64,000 bases of DNA. Origin: Eledone cirrhosa. Lineage: Eukaryota. The stretch covers positions 171,182,001 through 171,246,000 of the forward strand of contig OZ024742.1 of the NCBI GenBank assembly GCA_964016885.1. Reading direction: 5' to 3'. Shown here piece after piece: positions 28,493-44,374 of this stretch. Within the stretch, counting starts at the first letter, position 1, and every line of letters begins with the position of its first letter. The position numbers were made by a program, and so were the translations under genes. The notes beneath the pieces were generated by a model. The model searched no databases, was not told the DNA's origin, and saw nothing but the letters and a program-made list of their open reading frames with translations.

Positions 28493-29301
28493 CAACGCTA
28501 CCACCATCACACATCAGCAACAAACACAATCATCATACTACTACCATCGACAACTCACTCCACGCCAACAACATCATTATCGCTTCAACCGCAACAAAAC
28601 CCCACAACCCACCACCAACACTACCAGCACCACTACTACACGGCCATCACCCAAAACACCACTACCACAAAAAAACCATCACTACCACCACCATCACATC
28701 CAACAAGAATAACTGCAACCCCCCCCCCCCCCCTGCACAAATAAACAAACCTCCATTACTTAATAACAACAGCCTTTCGTTGCAGGGGTTAAACCCAAGC
28801 TGCTGCAGTTACACATTTCGTTTTCATGTGTGTGGACTGAGGCGATAGGAAGTCCGCTCCAAGAATTGAACCTATTTCCTCATGACCGCGTGTCCAACAA
28901 TGTGACCACTCAGCTACGTGGCTTTATATTTGGGTTTGAATTGTATTAAAATATTTTTCTTTAAGGAAAGCACTGTCACTTTTCACAATGCCAGATCTTT
29001 TGGCATTTTGATAACGTCTGTATTCATTCTCTCCTCACCCTTTTTATTTGGGTATTTGAGTAGTGTGTCTTTGTTCTGTTAATTTTAAAATTTAATGTAT
29101 TCTCTTTTTTTTTTTTTGTCAAATTTTGACATTTATTGTGTTTACGTTTTTATCTTTTCATTAAAGATCGGAAGATAATTTTTCTTTAATTTTCAACCAT
29201 TCATTGTTTCGATGAAGGTTTTGTATTGTACTGTCCGTCTTCTTTCGTGACTGCTAAGGCTGCTAACCAAATTAATATTCATATATTTATTCAAGACTGT
29301 G

Positions 29302-29347
<46 letters not shown>

Positions 29348-29454
29348 TATCATTATCATCATTACCATCACCATTTCGATCATCATAAACATCATCAGCC
29401 TTATCATAATCATCATCACCACCTCCTCTTTATTTAGCATTTCATTGATCATCT

Positions 29455-29560
29455 GACTTCATTTAAATTGCTTAACATCAAGCTTTGTTCAGGAGCCTTA
29501 AGAATCTAGCACCTTTTGTATAGTTCTTGCTGTGCTAAGCTAACAAGCCTTCTCTAGAGT
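29455..29560 (-). mobile_element. R4/Dong-like LINE extreme 3' fragment
   Basis: LEKAC*LSTARTIQKVL*; similar to 58675-58742. Confidence 0.55.
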
Positions 29561-30122
29561 CAGCCTATCATTATTATGATTATTATTAAGATTAAATGTT
29601 AAATAAATAATAACGTACTTCGTGTATTTACAAAAGGGAACGTATTTATAAGGGAAGGTTGGGTTTAGTAAATAGAATCAAGTATAGTACAGGATTTCCG
29701 TTTATGCTATCAACTTTAAGTCGAGCGAAATTTAATTTGAATATAAACGATATAGCTCTTTCCCTCTTGCACCCACATACGTACCACATCTTTTCAGAAA
29801 TGTTGTTACAGCGAGAAAAAAGAAAACCCCAAAACTCACTCCGGCATCTCATGTGATATCCTTACCAGTTGCGACCCACGTTGTGCACGAAATGTTTAAC
29901 AGCCTTTCTAGAATAACCGACGTTTTACACGACATATACAGCAGCATTAATATAATATATCTTAGACTATTTGTATTGTTATAATAGCCATTGATATTAT
30001 CACATCTGAAATATCAAAGTTTTCTTTTATTTCTTTTATTTTCGCATTTCTTTTCGACTAACGAGCATATTAGTAACATTTCACAAAAAATTATATTTAT
30101 AAACACAATATATCAGTCTGAC

Positions 30123-30210
<88 letters not shown>

Positions 30211-30377
30211 TTTAACTTTAATTATATCTCATAAAATAATACAACTGGCTTTCCACAAAATACATATAGTTAGCACCCCAAACACTTAAATTGGGTTATA
30301 CTAACATATAACTTAATGTTTGTTGAGTGAGATGGTTACCAGTCGGAGTTTAGCGTTAAGCTATCTCTGTTATTGTA

Positions 30378-30449
<72 letters not shown>

Positions 30450-30914
30450 TAGAGAGAGATATACATGCATATATATACATATCTAGGGCGGGAAAATTCT
30501 CGATAAATATATATATATAAGTGTGTATACATAATCTATATGCATATACATATATATATATACAAACATACACAAACATACATTATACATATACGCATAT
30601 ATATATATACATACACTAGTGTCCGAAAACTAAAGATTGTTTTTCTATTATAACAAACGTAAGACGAGTTAATTTCTTCATTATACTGTATTGTATGCGT
30701 TTTTCATTCGGTTTATTTTTTGCATATATATATAATATATAATATATTATCTGATATAATAATAATATATATATAATTAATTTACATATGATATGCTTTA
30801 AAATATGTATATGTGTATATATATATATATATATGTGTGTGTGTGAGTATGTGTAAATATATATATATATATATGTGTAAATATATATATGTAAATATAT
30901 ACATACATACATAA

Positions 30915-30946
<32 letters not shown>

Positions 30947-31039
30947 TTGCGGCGTGAAGTGTGTGTGTGTATAAATATATAAACATCTATGTATATATGT
31001 ATGTATATATGTATATTTATATATATATATATGTGTACG

Positions 31040-31160
<121 letters not shown>

Positions 31161-31546
31161 ATATATTTATATATTTATATATATATATATTTATATATAT
31201 ATATAAATATATATATATCTTTGCAAAAAAGAAGCGTAGGAAATGCGCGTAATAGGTAAATAATGGATGCTATCAATGTAACCCAAGAAAAGAAAGAATA
31301 ACAATATCAAATAAATATGTAACACTAATTATGATAGCGATCAGTTTACCTACTTTCTTTTAATGATACATCAGCGTATTTATGATGTACTTAAGTCCGA
31401 TAAAAATTACATTTAGCATCATTACTGAAAATTACAATATCCTTTCTACTGTATATTGGTTCAGGATGTAATACGGTGAAATTGTGGCGTTAAAATATAA
31501 GTATATATGGTGAATCGATAATCGATACTAATTAGTGAAATCTATT

Positions 31547-31624
<78 letters not shown>

Positions 31625-32975
31625 TATATATATATAAAAATTCAGGCGAAAAGTGTGTGGGAAGAGACTTCCAAGGGTGCGTAGGGGAGTAGGGAGGGAC
31701 ATTTAGAAAAAACGCGGGTGAGAGGAAACGGTACAAATGAAAATAAATGGCTCTTGAACACGAATAATTATTTCACTTTGTTTCAGTGTACTCAGCTGAA
31801 AAGAATGAGTATCAACACTTGCTCAGGATTAATTCTAATATAGACTAATGGTACACTAGAGGGGTTTTGTACATCCAGTCGTTTAACACCAATAAATCTT
31901 GGATCATCTTTGTCATGTGCCTCAGTGCATGGGGCAGACCATAACTTAGTCATGTAGGGAATCGTAGCGCGCATAATCCTTTGATATTGTTCAGTAGCAA
32001 AGAGAAGGTTTTCTTGAAAATGAACGTCCACAACGAATTTTTACAAGGGAGCTAGCTCCGCTAAATACACTCAGTAAACAGGGAGAGGAATTAAACAAGA
32101 CAGAACGCAAAATTACGGGAGAAATACTTGAAAGCATCTCTTCCAATACTCTAACAATTTCCCCAAATCCACCGCCCTGGACCTGTACGTTATTTTACCG
32201 ACGATAGAACGATTGAATGCAAAGTCGGTGAAGAAGAAACAGATTTCGCAAGAGGGTTTCTCTCATGCTCTTATGACTTCAGTGTCTTTTATAAACTATA
32301 TTGATTCCTTAAGGCATTGGCCTAGAGACGTGCAGTCAAGACAACGTTGCTGCGATAATGTTATTGAGATTCCAATGGTTAAAAGAAAGTTAAAGGCTCC
32401 GTAACTCTCGATAGACTCGTAGCAGCACCGTCCTAATAAACAGCGTGTCAAAAGCATTTTAATCCGGGTAAAACCTATTCTTTTGCAAGTCGATCGGGAA
32501 CCAGCAGATTTCTTTCGGAGAAACAGAAAGAAAGGTGGTAAAGGCAAAGAGAGAAGGATAATCGACTCCAGTAATAGACTTCTACTCCATCTTGTCTTTT
32601 TGCTTTGTAGAGTGTATATATACACACAGATAAACACACACAGATATGTGTGAGAGTGCATGTGTGTGTGTGTGAGTGCGCATAAATGCGTGAATATGTA
32701 TGTATATGCACGTGCATGTATGTATATATGTGTGTATTTCTTTAAGACCAGAAAGAAGAGGAGGCACGAAAGAGAACAGATAGTTATTAAGGAAGTCATA
32801 GAAAGTGACGAAAGAAATTTGACGAACGAATGAATAACGAGCAATAAAGCTGAGGTAAAAATCCTTTGGTACGTATGTTTCTTTTTAATGGCAATACTGG
32901 TAACATGACCAACCACAAATATAACAATATCGATTTAAACACGATTTCACACCCAGAATCTTGCAGAACAAATAA

Positions 32976-33010
<35 letters not shown>

Positions 33011-33186
33011 GTAATAATAATAGATTTGAAGATTAAAATGCAAAATTTAATCTGTTATTTTAATAAATATATATATAGATCGACATTCATACATACATAA
33101 ATACATGCGTACATATATATATATATACATATTCATATATACATAAACACATGCATACATATACATATGTACACACACACACACGC

Positions 33187-33310
<124 letters not shown>

Positions 33311-33478
33311 AGAAAGAGTTTTCAAATATTTATATCGCGATCGTTTTACAGCAAGTGTAAACCCAAAAGGTAAATATAATTTCTCGTATTATCCGAATGT
33401 GTCAGTTAATACACATAATATATATGATTTTGGTGTAAAAGACACGCACACATACACACGCACACACACACACAAACA

Positions 33479-33551
<73 letters not shown>

Positions 33552-33906
33552 GTATATATAAAAACAATGGTTGAATTGAGTAACAAGAGCAAAAATTAGA
33601 ATTTAAAATTTGTGCACCCTAAAGCAAGTATGCATAATAATAGTGGATCATTATATATAATAGCTGCGATTTTCAGGAAAGGTATCCTTGATGGAAAAGA
33701 GTGGCAAGAATGGTACGCCTGTTCAGATTTTCTGTCTTCAAGGCTAATCTACCCGATTTTCTCAACTATTTTTACAGAGATTGACTAATATTGACTATTA
33801 CTACGACAACGTTCATTTCCTTCAGGAAACGTAGATCATAAATTTAAAATTGACTCATTACTTCTAAAATAAAGTGCTGATTATATATATATTATATATA
33901 TATATA

Positions 33907-34097
33907 TAACGAAGGGAGTTTAGTAAGGAACCAGATGGACTATAACGCACCAGAGTACTCAATACGTAGGGTAGTAGAGTGGGTAATAGGAAAATGTTTA
34001 ACCCTGACGGCAGAGCTCAAGCCGTTTCGGACGGCTATTTCTGGATAGAAATAGCCGTCGAGACGGCTTGAGCTCTACCGTCGGGGTTAAACATTTT

Positions 34098-34100
<3 letters not shown>
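33907..34100. mobile_element. Fold-back 3' terminal fragment of the 455-1875 Penelope family (3' half of the HHR on both arms)
   Basis: 33988-34042 is inverted at 34047-34100. Confidence 0.8.
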
Positions 34101-34156
<56 letters not shown>

Positions 34157-34279
34157 TCATCAACAGCATCATTTTACGTCCGCCTTTCCCTGCTTGCAAG
34201 GGTGGGACGGGTCCTATTCAGCACAGCATCTCTCCACTTCTTACGGTCCTTCGTCATCTCAATATATATATATATATAT

Positions 34280-34332
<53 letters not shown>

Positions 34333-34352
34333 ATATATATATATATATATAA

Positions 34353-34612
34353 GTCTAAAGTCTGTCTCAAGCCAGAAGGCTCGTTAGGCCGGTGCTTATT
34401 CCGGTTTCATGGCGTGAGACGACTGAGAGTATAAGACTTTCCTCCTGGAAAGACGCCAGTCCATCACAGGGTTAAAACCCCCAGCTTATTGCTGGTACTC
34501 ATTTTCAGCTGAGTATACTCGAACAACGTGAAATGAAGTGTTTTGCTCAAGAACACGAACCCATGATGCTATGATCATAAGTCCAACATCCTTACCACTA
34601 GGCTACGTGCCT

Positions 34613-34615
<3 letters not shown>
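34353..34615 (-). mobile_element. tRNA-derived SINE (family 2 head, different tail)
   Basis: Reverse complement of GTGGAGGCACGTAGCCTAGTGG..TTCTTGAGCAAAACACT. Confidence 0.65.
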
Positions 34616-34661
<46 letters not shown>

Positions 34662-34956
34662 AATGTACAGGTAGGTTATTTAGTAATTGTGTTGATTACT
34701 GGAAGTGGCACCTATTTGAATACGCGACACTATAGCAGTGTGTATATATGGAGTATTATATAAAGATGAATCTCTTTAAAATGTTTTTATTTTATATAAG
34801 ATCATTACCTCGAGCATCGATCCTCAGATGTGGATGCTAGAGTCATCAGATATATGTTATCCATGAAAATATCGAGCCAACCAATAATCTGTGAAATATT
34901 TGTAACGGTCAATATATGATGGTTTCTTAGAGAGGCACAAGGCCAGCAATTTTAGT

Positions 34957-35156
34957 NNNNNNNNNNNNNNNNNNNNNNNNNNNNNNNNNNNNNNNNNNNN
35001 NNNNNNNNNNNNNNNNNNNNNNNNNNNNNNNNNNNNNNNNNNNNNNNNNNNNNNNNNNNNNNNNNNNNNNNNNNNNNNNNNNNNNNNNNNNNNNNNNNNN
35101 NNNNNNNNNNNNNNNNNNNNNNNNNNNNNNNNNNNNNNNNNNNNNNNNNNNNNNNN
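34957..35156. other. Assembly gap (200 N)
   Basis: Run of N. Confidence 1.
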
Positions 35157-36100
35157 GACGATTGAAGGATTCTGATGGTGATAATGCAGTTCTCGTTGTT
35201 ACATCTGCTGATGTTACTGTCATTATAGTTGTTGCAATGTTAGTTTAAAACCCATGTCAGTGGGATCAATTGAACTTAAGGTGAACCTGAGACCTGCGGC
35301 TTCCTTATAAGAAAACATTTTTTTAAATTTATTTTAAGTATCCCATAATCTGTAACTACAGATATGGCGATACTTAAATAATAAAAAAATATATTCAGCA
35401 AGTGTAGGATCTGAGGGGGCTTTCATGCTATTTCTACACAATAGACGGACTGCCAAGAAGACTTCAAGGAGGGAAATTGAGAAGACGGATGACTGTTTGG
35501 AAGGCCCAGCTTCGTCACACTGTTTCATACTCGAATACCCGAAATACCAAAAACGCCAGACCGCCACTGCCATTCCATATCTAGAGATATCAATATAGTT
35601 GCAATCTTTAGCCAATATAACCTTCCCCACTTGTGTGGTCGTTTAATCTCCAGATCGATATACCAATCATGACAAGCGAGTTAATATTGCTCTCGGTGAA
35701 TATCAGAAAACAGTTCATATATATTTATTTTCCTTTCGAATGCTCTTGAAAGTGATAACAGTAATGGCGGCGAGAAGAAAATGGCGGAGATGGATAACTT
35801 TAGCATTGTAGATGTTGGCGACAATAGTTATTAGATGCAGAATATCTCAAACACAAGAGGCAACAATAAGAACAAGAACAGAAGCAGCAACGACAGCAAA
35901 CACCAGTAACAACAACCACATTAACAGTAAGAACAAGAGGTAGAACAACAGCATACAACAGTAGCAGTAGACAATATCACACCAACAAGGTGTTTGTTAT
36001 TACAAAAGTTGGAAATTAAATATTATCTATAATCCATATCAAAAGAAATTACACCGGATGAATGTTGTTTGTGAAGTATCAATATTACACACATACACAT

Positions 36101-36229
<129 letters not shown>

Positions 36230-36549
36230 GATGTATATATACACAGAGAAAAGCCTACATTCATAGAGACTCCTTCACCTTTAGAACCTTCTTTCAATTT
36301 CTCTGCCACAATCTCTCTGTCTCTCTCCTTCTTTCAACACATACGCCACACACTCGTACACACACGGACACATATATAATATATATACATATATACTACA
36401 TGCATATAAATATATATATACACGCACACATATATATATACCTATATATATTATATGTATATATAACTATATATAAATATATATATAACTATATATAGTA
36501 ATAATAATAAATTTGTTATTTTAATAAATATAACTATATATATATATAA

Positions 36550-36592
<43 letters not shown>

Positions 36593-36836
36593 TATATATG
36601 TATATATGTATATATATATAACTATATATATATTTATATGTATGTATATAACTATATATATGTGTATATATATATGTATATATATATATAGTTATATATA
36701 CACATATATATGTGTATTATATCTATATCTATATATATGTGTGTACATAAATATATTCCTGTATATAAATACATACATACATAAATATATATATATACAT
36801 ATATATATATTCCTATATATAAATACATACACACAC

Positions 36837-36945
<109 letters not shown>

Positions 36946-37767
36946 ATATATTATATATATATTTATATAGGTTCATACATATATACTCACATATATTGCT
37001 TCATTTTCTCCCGTTATTTTTATTTTTCTGTCAACCTTTAACTTTATAAAAAATAAAATCTAAGACAAATAAAAAAAAAATCATATTTTTTGTTAAGAAC
37101 ATTACTTCGATGAAAATAAAGTAAAATAAAATAAACAAAGAAATCATTTTATCTAAAAATTATTTTATCAAAAAATATACATTTTCCCTTCAAAAATTAC
37201 TCTGTATGTTAAATAAAAAAATATAAATGTAACCTAAAAGAAAAAAATATTTTATCAATAAAAGACAATTATCTCGCCAAAAGTAATATGTTGAAAATGA
37301 AATTAGAAACAGTGAATATTGCTTAGCTCAGATATATGTAGAACGGCCAAATATAAAGATAAGTTATAGTTGACACTGTTCTCATATGTTTAGATTTCAT
37401 ACTTTATAGATTCTAGCAGTCACTTTTTGGAACAAACTCCATGTGCAACAGGCTACTTCAATTTCCATAGAAATAGATTCAACTTATTAGTCTTTTATTA
37501 GTTTAGTTTCTTATTATTTCATTCTTTTATTGATTTCATTCATTTGACTCCAGTAATTATGGGGCAACTCCTTAAAGGGATTTTATCGACCCCATTATTT
37601 ATCTTACTTGTTCAAGTGTACAATTTATTCCACCGATTTCTTTTTGTCGAACTGCTAAGTTTTGGACTAGAAACGCAAACACAAATGTTAACACACCCAC
37701 AAACTCACACTCAAAACTCTCTGTTTCTCTCACATGCACACACACACACGTTCACACACACACACAC

Positions 37768-37820
<53 letters not shown>

Positions 37821-38706
37821 CGAGGATCTTCTCTACTTTCCGTCTACCAAATTCGACTAACTGGTGTTGGTCAATCCGGGGCGATAGTAGAAGACACTGG
37901 CCTAAAGTGCCACGCAAGATGACTGAGGAAGAAATCACGCGATTGTGAAGCAACCAGCTTAATCAGACAATCATACGTTTATTAAAGTTATTTTGCAACT
38001 AATATCTTCATTGGGCTGAGAGAATTAAAAAAAATTTTAATGTATTTTTAAAAAAGTTTTTAATGTATTTTTTAAAAAGTTTTATTTTAAATGGAAACGT
38101 GATAAAGCTTAAGCAACGCCTTGCGGTTAAACATTCACTTTGAAAACCAATTATCGGATATGAGACAATTTAGGAAACATGAATTCTTTTCTAGGTTGTC
38201 GGTTCAAGGAACACCTTGTGAGTTTGGTCGGCAGGAACTATGCGTATGTTCACCCAATACAAACATACATTCATACACACACACGCACACGCGCGCGCGC
38301 ACATTCACACATACACACACACACATATATATATATATATCTATTCTCAATACAGATGCTTGCTACCTTTCAAAGCGTAGTATAGGTCTTAGAGAACGTG
38401 TATCTGTTAGTGCTGCTTATCTTTCAGGCAATACCAAGATGGCCGACGATATTTATGAGATCTCATCAAGGGAAAGTAAAGTAATCATTATGTAAAAATA
38501 ATTTTGTGTTTTTGTTATTCATAGACATCTGTGGCTATAAGTTTGTATTTTTTAATATAATTATAATTGGAATTGTTAAAGTGTCTGCATTAGGTTTATA
38601 TGTGACACTTACAATTACAATGATAGTTACATTTAGAAATATAACATGACAAAAATTCTTACTCGGAAATATTGGGGAAGAATTTTCAATAATCATAAAC
38701 ACTTTC

Positions 38707-39020
38707 AAAATAAACGAGGATGAAGAACTCAGAGTTGTACGGGAGCCTTCCAAAAGTCAGCTCAAAAATGACACAGAGGAGACTGAGGTTAGCTGGACAT
38801 CCTCACCGACATCCAGAGTTGACACTGCACTCAGTGCTCCTGTGGGAGCCCCTGCATTGACACACTGGAAGAGGAAGAACGAGGTTAACATATGTTGATG
38901 CCCTAAGGACAGACACTGGTCTATTGGAGACGCAGGACATGGCAGCGATAATGGATAATGAAGGACAGAGACCGCTGGAGAGAACTCGTCGATGGATCTC
39001 GGGAAGTTTACCCGTCCTAG
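38707..39020 (+). mobile_element. RTE LINE 3' fragment
   Basis: Matches the reverse complement of 15573-15870. Confidence 0.85.
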
Positions 39021-39351
39021 ATAGATAGATATCGTAAAAGCAAGGAGTGTATTTTTTAATCGTATGAAAAGTGTTAAAGTGAAGTGGCTGAACTAAAAAT
39101 CGAACTTGCATCACAGAAGCTGCCTTTGAGTCTCTGCCTACCTCAAATCATCACCGCTTGTCACAATAGAATTAATAAGTAAATAATTCAAATAAGAATT
39201 AGTTCCTAAGGTGATGCTGATAATAAACAAACACATGATGTCATAGTTAATATCCAATTAAATGTTAGCAAGCAATCAAGCAATTATAAATTAGAAAAAA
39301 ACTAATTTCAGATAAACGTGACATTAAGCAAATCGAAACAAGGAGAACAAC

Positions 39352-39425
<74 letters not shown>

Positions 39426-39508
39426 ATATGTGTATAATGTGTATATATATATAAGTTGAAATAAAATGAAAACGAAATTTCATTTCTCACTCTTAGTACG
39501 GCACTTAT

Positions 39509-39610
<102 letters not shown>

Positions 39611-39617
39611 ATATATA

Positions 39618-39652
<35 letters not shown>

Positions 39653-39698
39653 CACACACATACACCGACTGACAGACACACATATGTATGTGTCTGTG

Positions 39699-39757
<59 letters not shown>

Positions 39758-40249
39758 GTCTATTTTCACAAACCGTGCGTGCTTTATTTTAAAGGAAAAA
39801 TGAATGTTAAGTTTATCATGTTTATTTTATTGAAGCAATATTTTTACTCAACAAATTAAAGACCAAAAATATTATTGACACATAAAGGCTCCGGCATTTA
39901 CTAGCGACGGGAATATATATTCTTTAAATCAAACCGATTTCTCAGAGAATATTTCTCTCTTTCACCTAAAAAACTACATTAGAATTTCAAAACCTATTCC
40001 CACCTACTGTTATGCCATCACATTTCTATTTAGATAGCTTAAAATGTTACAACGTGACAAATAATAGAAGTGAATCATTTAAAAGAGTGCTTATGAAAAG
40101 ATTAATGACTACTTAAATTTCCATCACCATCCTCCAAGGCAACGCATTCTCGATTCAGTTCTCTTTGACGACAAGACTAGTGGGGCATGGGCTCCCACAC
40201 ACGTGAGAACATTCCTTCGCATCATCTGCACCCGCATTTTTTGGGGGCA

Positions 40250-40727
40250 ATGGTCTGAGTTCAAATCCCGCCGAGGTTAACTTTGCCTTTCATCCTTACA
40301 GGGTCGATAAAATAAAGTACCAGTAATGTACTAGGTAATTGCTGGCCTTGTGCCAAAAGTAGAAACAATTATTTGGGGCAGCATCGTCGGACGCCATGTT
40401 TTCCAGCATAGAGTTACGTCCCTTTATGGTATGAGTTCAAATCCTGCGGAGATTAACTTGCCTTTCATCCTTACGGAGTCGATAAAATAAAGTACCAGTA
40501 ATGCACTGAGATAATTGCTTGCCTTGTGCCAAAAGTATAAACAATTATTTGGGGCAGCATCGTCGGACGCCATGTTTTCCAGCATAGAGTTACGTCCCTT
40601 TATGGTCTGAGTTCAAATCCTGCGGAAATTAACTTGTCTTTCATCCTTACGGAGTCGATAAAATAAAGTACCAGTAATGCACTGGGATAATTGCTGGCCT
40701 TGTGCCAAAAGTATAAACAATTATTTG
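40250..40727 (+). mobile_element. Tandem trimer of 5'-truncated SINE family 1 (period ~176 bp)
   Basis: Repeated ATTTGGGGCAGCATCGTCGGACGCC junctions at 40371 and 40547. Confidence 0.85.
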
Positions 40728-41556
40728 GTTAGTGATGTTATGACAATAGTAGAATTTTGGTCCTCATATTTTCTCTCATTTTGAATTATCAATGGAGTTA
40801 TAGTTCTTAAATGGCAAGATTCTACAATAAACGAGTTGTCATGGTTGACCTGTGACTTCAATCCTCTTTTCTGCTTAGAAATTACTTATCAACATTTACT
40901 TTCATTACATTCTCTTACATAGTTCAAAAAGACTTGGACCAGCCCCGTCCATAGATGTTCTTCGTCTTGCGTGTTTGCTTCTGAGGATCGAAGGCAGACA
41001 TGAAGTGAGTTAGGGTCATGAAATTGTAGGGACAATCTCAGTTGGTCGAAGTTTACCCTAATTACCATATTGAGTCTGCGAAACCTTAATTTATGTGCAT
41101 ACATAGTAAATATATGTGTATTTAATAAATACCTACACACACATACACACACACACAACAAAACGTATTAAGAAAGCTGGGGTGGGTAGGAGAGTAATCC
41201 GGGGAGAGGGGGTGGGGCCGAGGTAGAGAGTTCAGGTGTAACAAGGGTCATGTTATGTGTGTGCAGATGAAGTGCATTTCTTGGGTGTGCATGATTGCTT
41301 CTCTGTGTGTGGTTTGAGTATCGTTAATGGAAATGCGAGTGCGTCTGTGTGTGTGTGTGTCTGTGATTTTATCAATGAGGTTTCTTTTGTGTGTGTGTGT
41401 GTATGTTTTCGTATGAGTGTGTATGTGTGTTTATAAATGAGTGTGTGTATGTATGTGTTTGTGTATGCATATACATGCATATACAAACACATACATACAT
41501 ATATACATATATACATATATATATATATACATATACATGTACACACACACACACAT

Positions 41557-41657
<101 letters not shown>

Positions 41658-41970
41658 GCAATATATAGGTATGTGGCGATAGATCAATTATTTACATCTA
41701 TAGATTATTCAAAGTATTGCTCAATTCCCAGCCATATTATAGAAAGCTTCAGTAGATATTTATTACGTCCGATTCTCTTAAGTATTAATATAAGATATTG
41801 TAGCAGGATTAGAGAAAATGAAGCAAATTATTACATATAATATATTGAATATTATTTTTACGATCAGATATTCCCATATTCATTTGTCGTTTCACTAATA
41901 CAAAATTAATGTTTTTATATATATATATATATATGAGGTGTATATGATATACATATATATGATGTATATA

Positions 41971-42037
<67 letters not shown>

Positions 42038-42048
42038 TATATATACAT

Positions 42049-42125
<77 letters not shown>

Positions 42126-42167
42126 TGTGTGTGTGTATGTGTGTATGTACTTATATACGCCTATATA

Positions 42168-42259
<92 letters not shown>

Positions 42260-42614
42260 TATATATACATATTTATATATATATATTTATTTATTAAGTC
42301 CATGTGGTGAGTATTGTTACTTTGGATATATATAATTAACAATAAGTGGGAACGAGGAGTCAGAGTATCATCATTAAGTTTATTCAGGTGTGACGTGCGT
42401 TTCCCGATTGATCAGCTCAAGGTCCAAGCTATATCGATCGGCCTCAACTCTGGAATCAATAGATCATTAGACTCTTAGATGGGTGCTTTTATAAGGAGGA
42501 TTGTTTACCAAAGTATCTTTCTCTACATGGACATTGCAGGAGGTACGGTGACAGTCCAATTTGAGAGTTCAATGAACAGTATCCAAGTGGGAGATCGCGG
42601 AGTAATTATAAATG

Positions 42615-42924
42615 TAAAGGTATAGTACTAGGAAAAACAAATGACTAGTCAAGAAGTAAAGGTTAGAGGAGGAAGATTTATTTAGTGTCCGTTCTTTAAC
42701 ATATGTTTCGATGCAATATCAGTTTACGAACGCAATTGTATATTATTATGCTCAAACGCTAGCATTACATAACATTTTGCACTTAAGTAATGCTTGCGAT
42801 TGAGCATAATAATATGCAATAAGCTCTTGTAGACTGATATTGTATTGAAACATATGTTAAGTTAAAGAACGGACTCTAAATATATCCTTCTCCTCCAACC
42901 TTTACTATTTGCCTAGTACTATAC

Positions 42925-42929
<5 letters not shown>
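42615..42929. repeat. Imperfect palindrome carrying an HHR 3' half (GAAA-CATATG-TT)
   Basis: Arms 42615-42770 / 42787-42929; (TA)n follows. Confidence 0.8.
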
Positions 42930-42998
<69 letters not shown>

Positions 42999-43266
42999 TA
43001 AACCGACGGTAGTCGGTTTAGTAATATTGTTGTTATATATATATATATATATATATAAATATATTCTCCTTTGAGGTTCACCACTGTAAAGAGCTGGTCT
43101 ATTCCGTATGGTCAATCGTAATGTAATAATATAGAGAGTACTCAACGTAAAGCAGTTCAACCGTCTTTGTTTTTGTAGTTGGTGGTGTTATTACGGAGTT
43201 AAATATTATAATGAAATGACAGGAGGCTGGATTTGTGTAAATTATTATATATATTATTATATAAAT

Positions 43267-44374
<1,108 letters not shown>

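Noticed and set aside
31792-32560. Higher-complexity segment as a further exon of the Ig gene (also 35334-35630 and 40889-41080)
   Set aside because: No recognisable domain or clean splice-bounded open frame.
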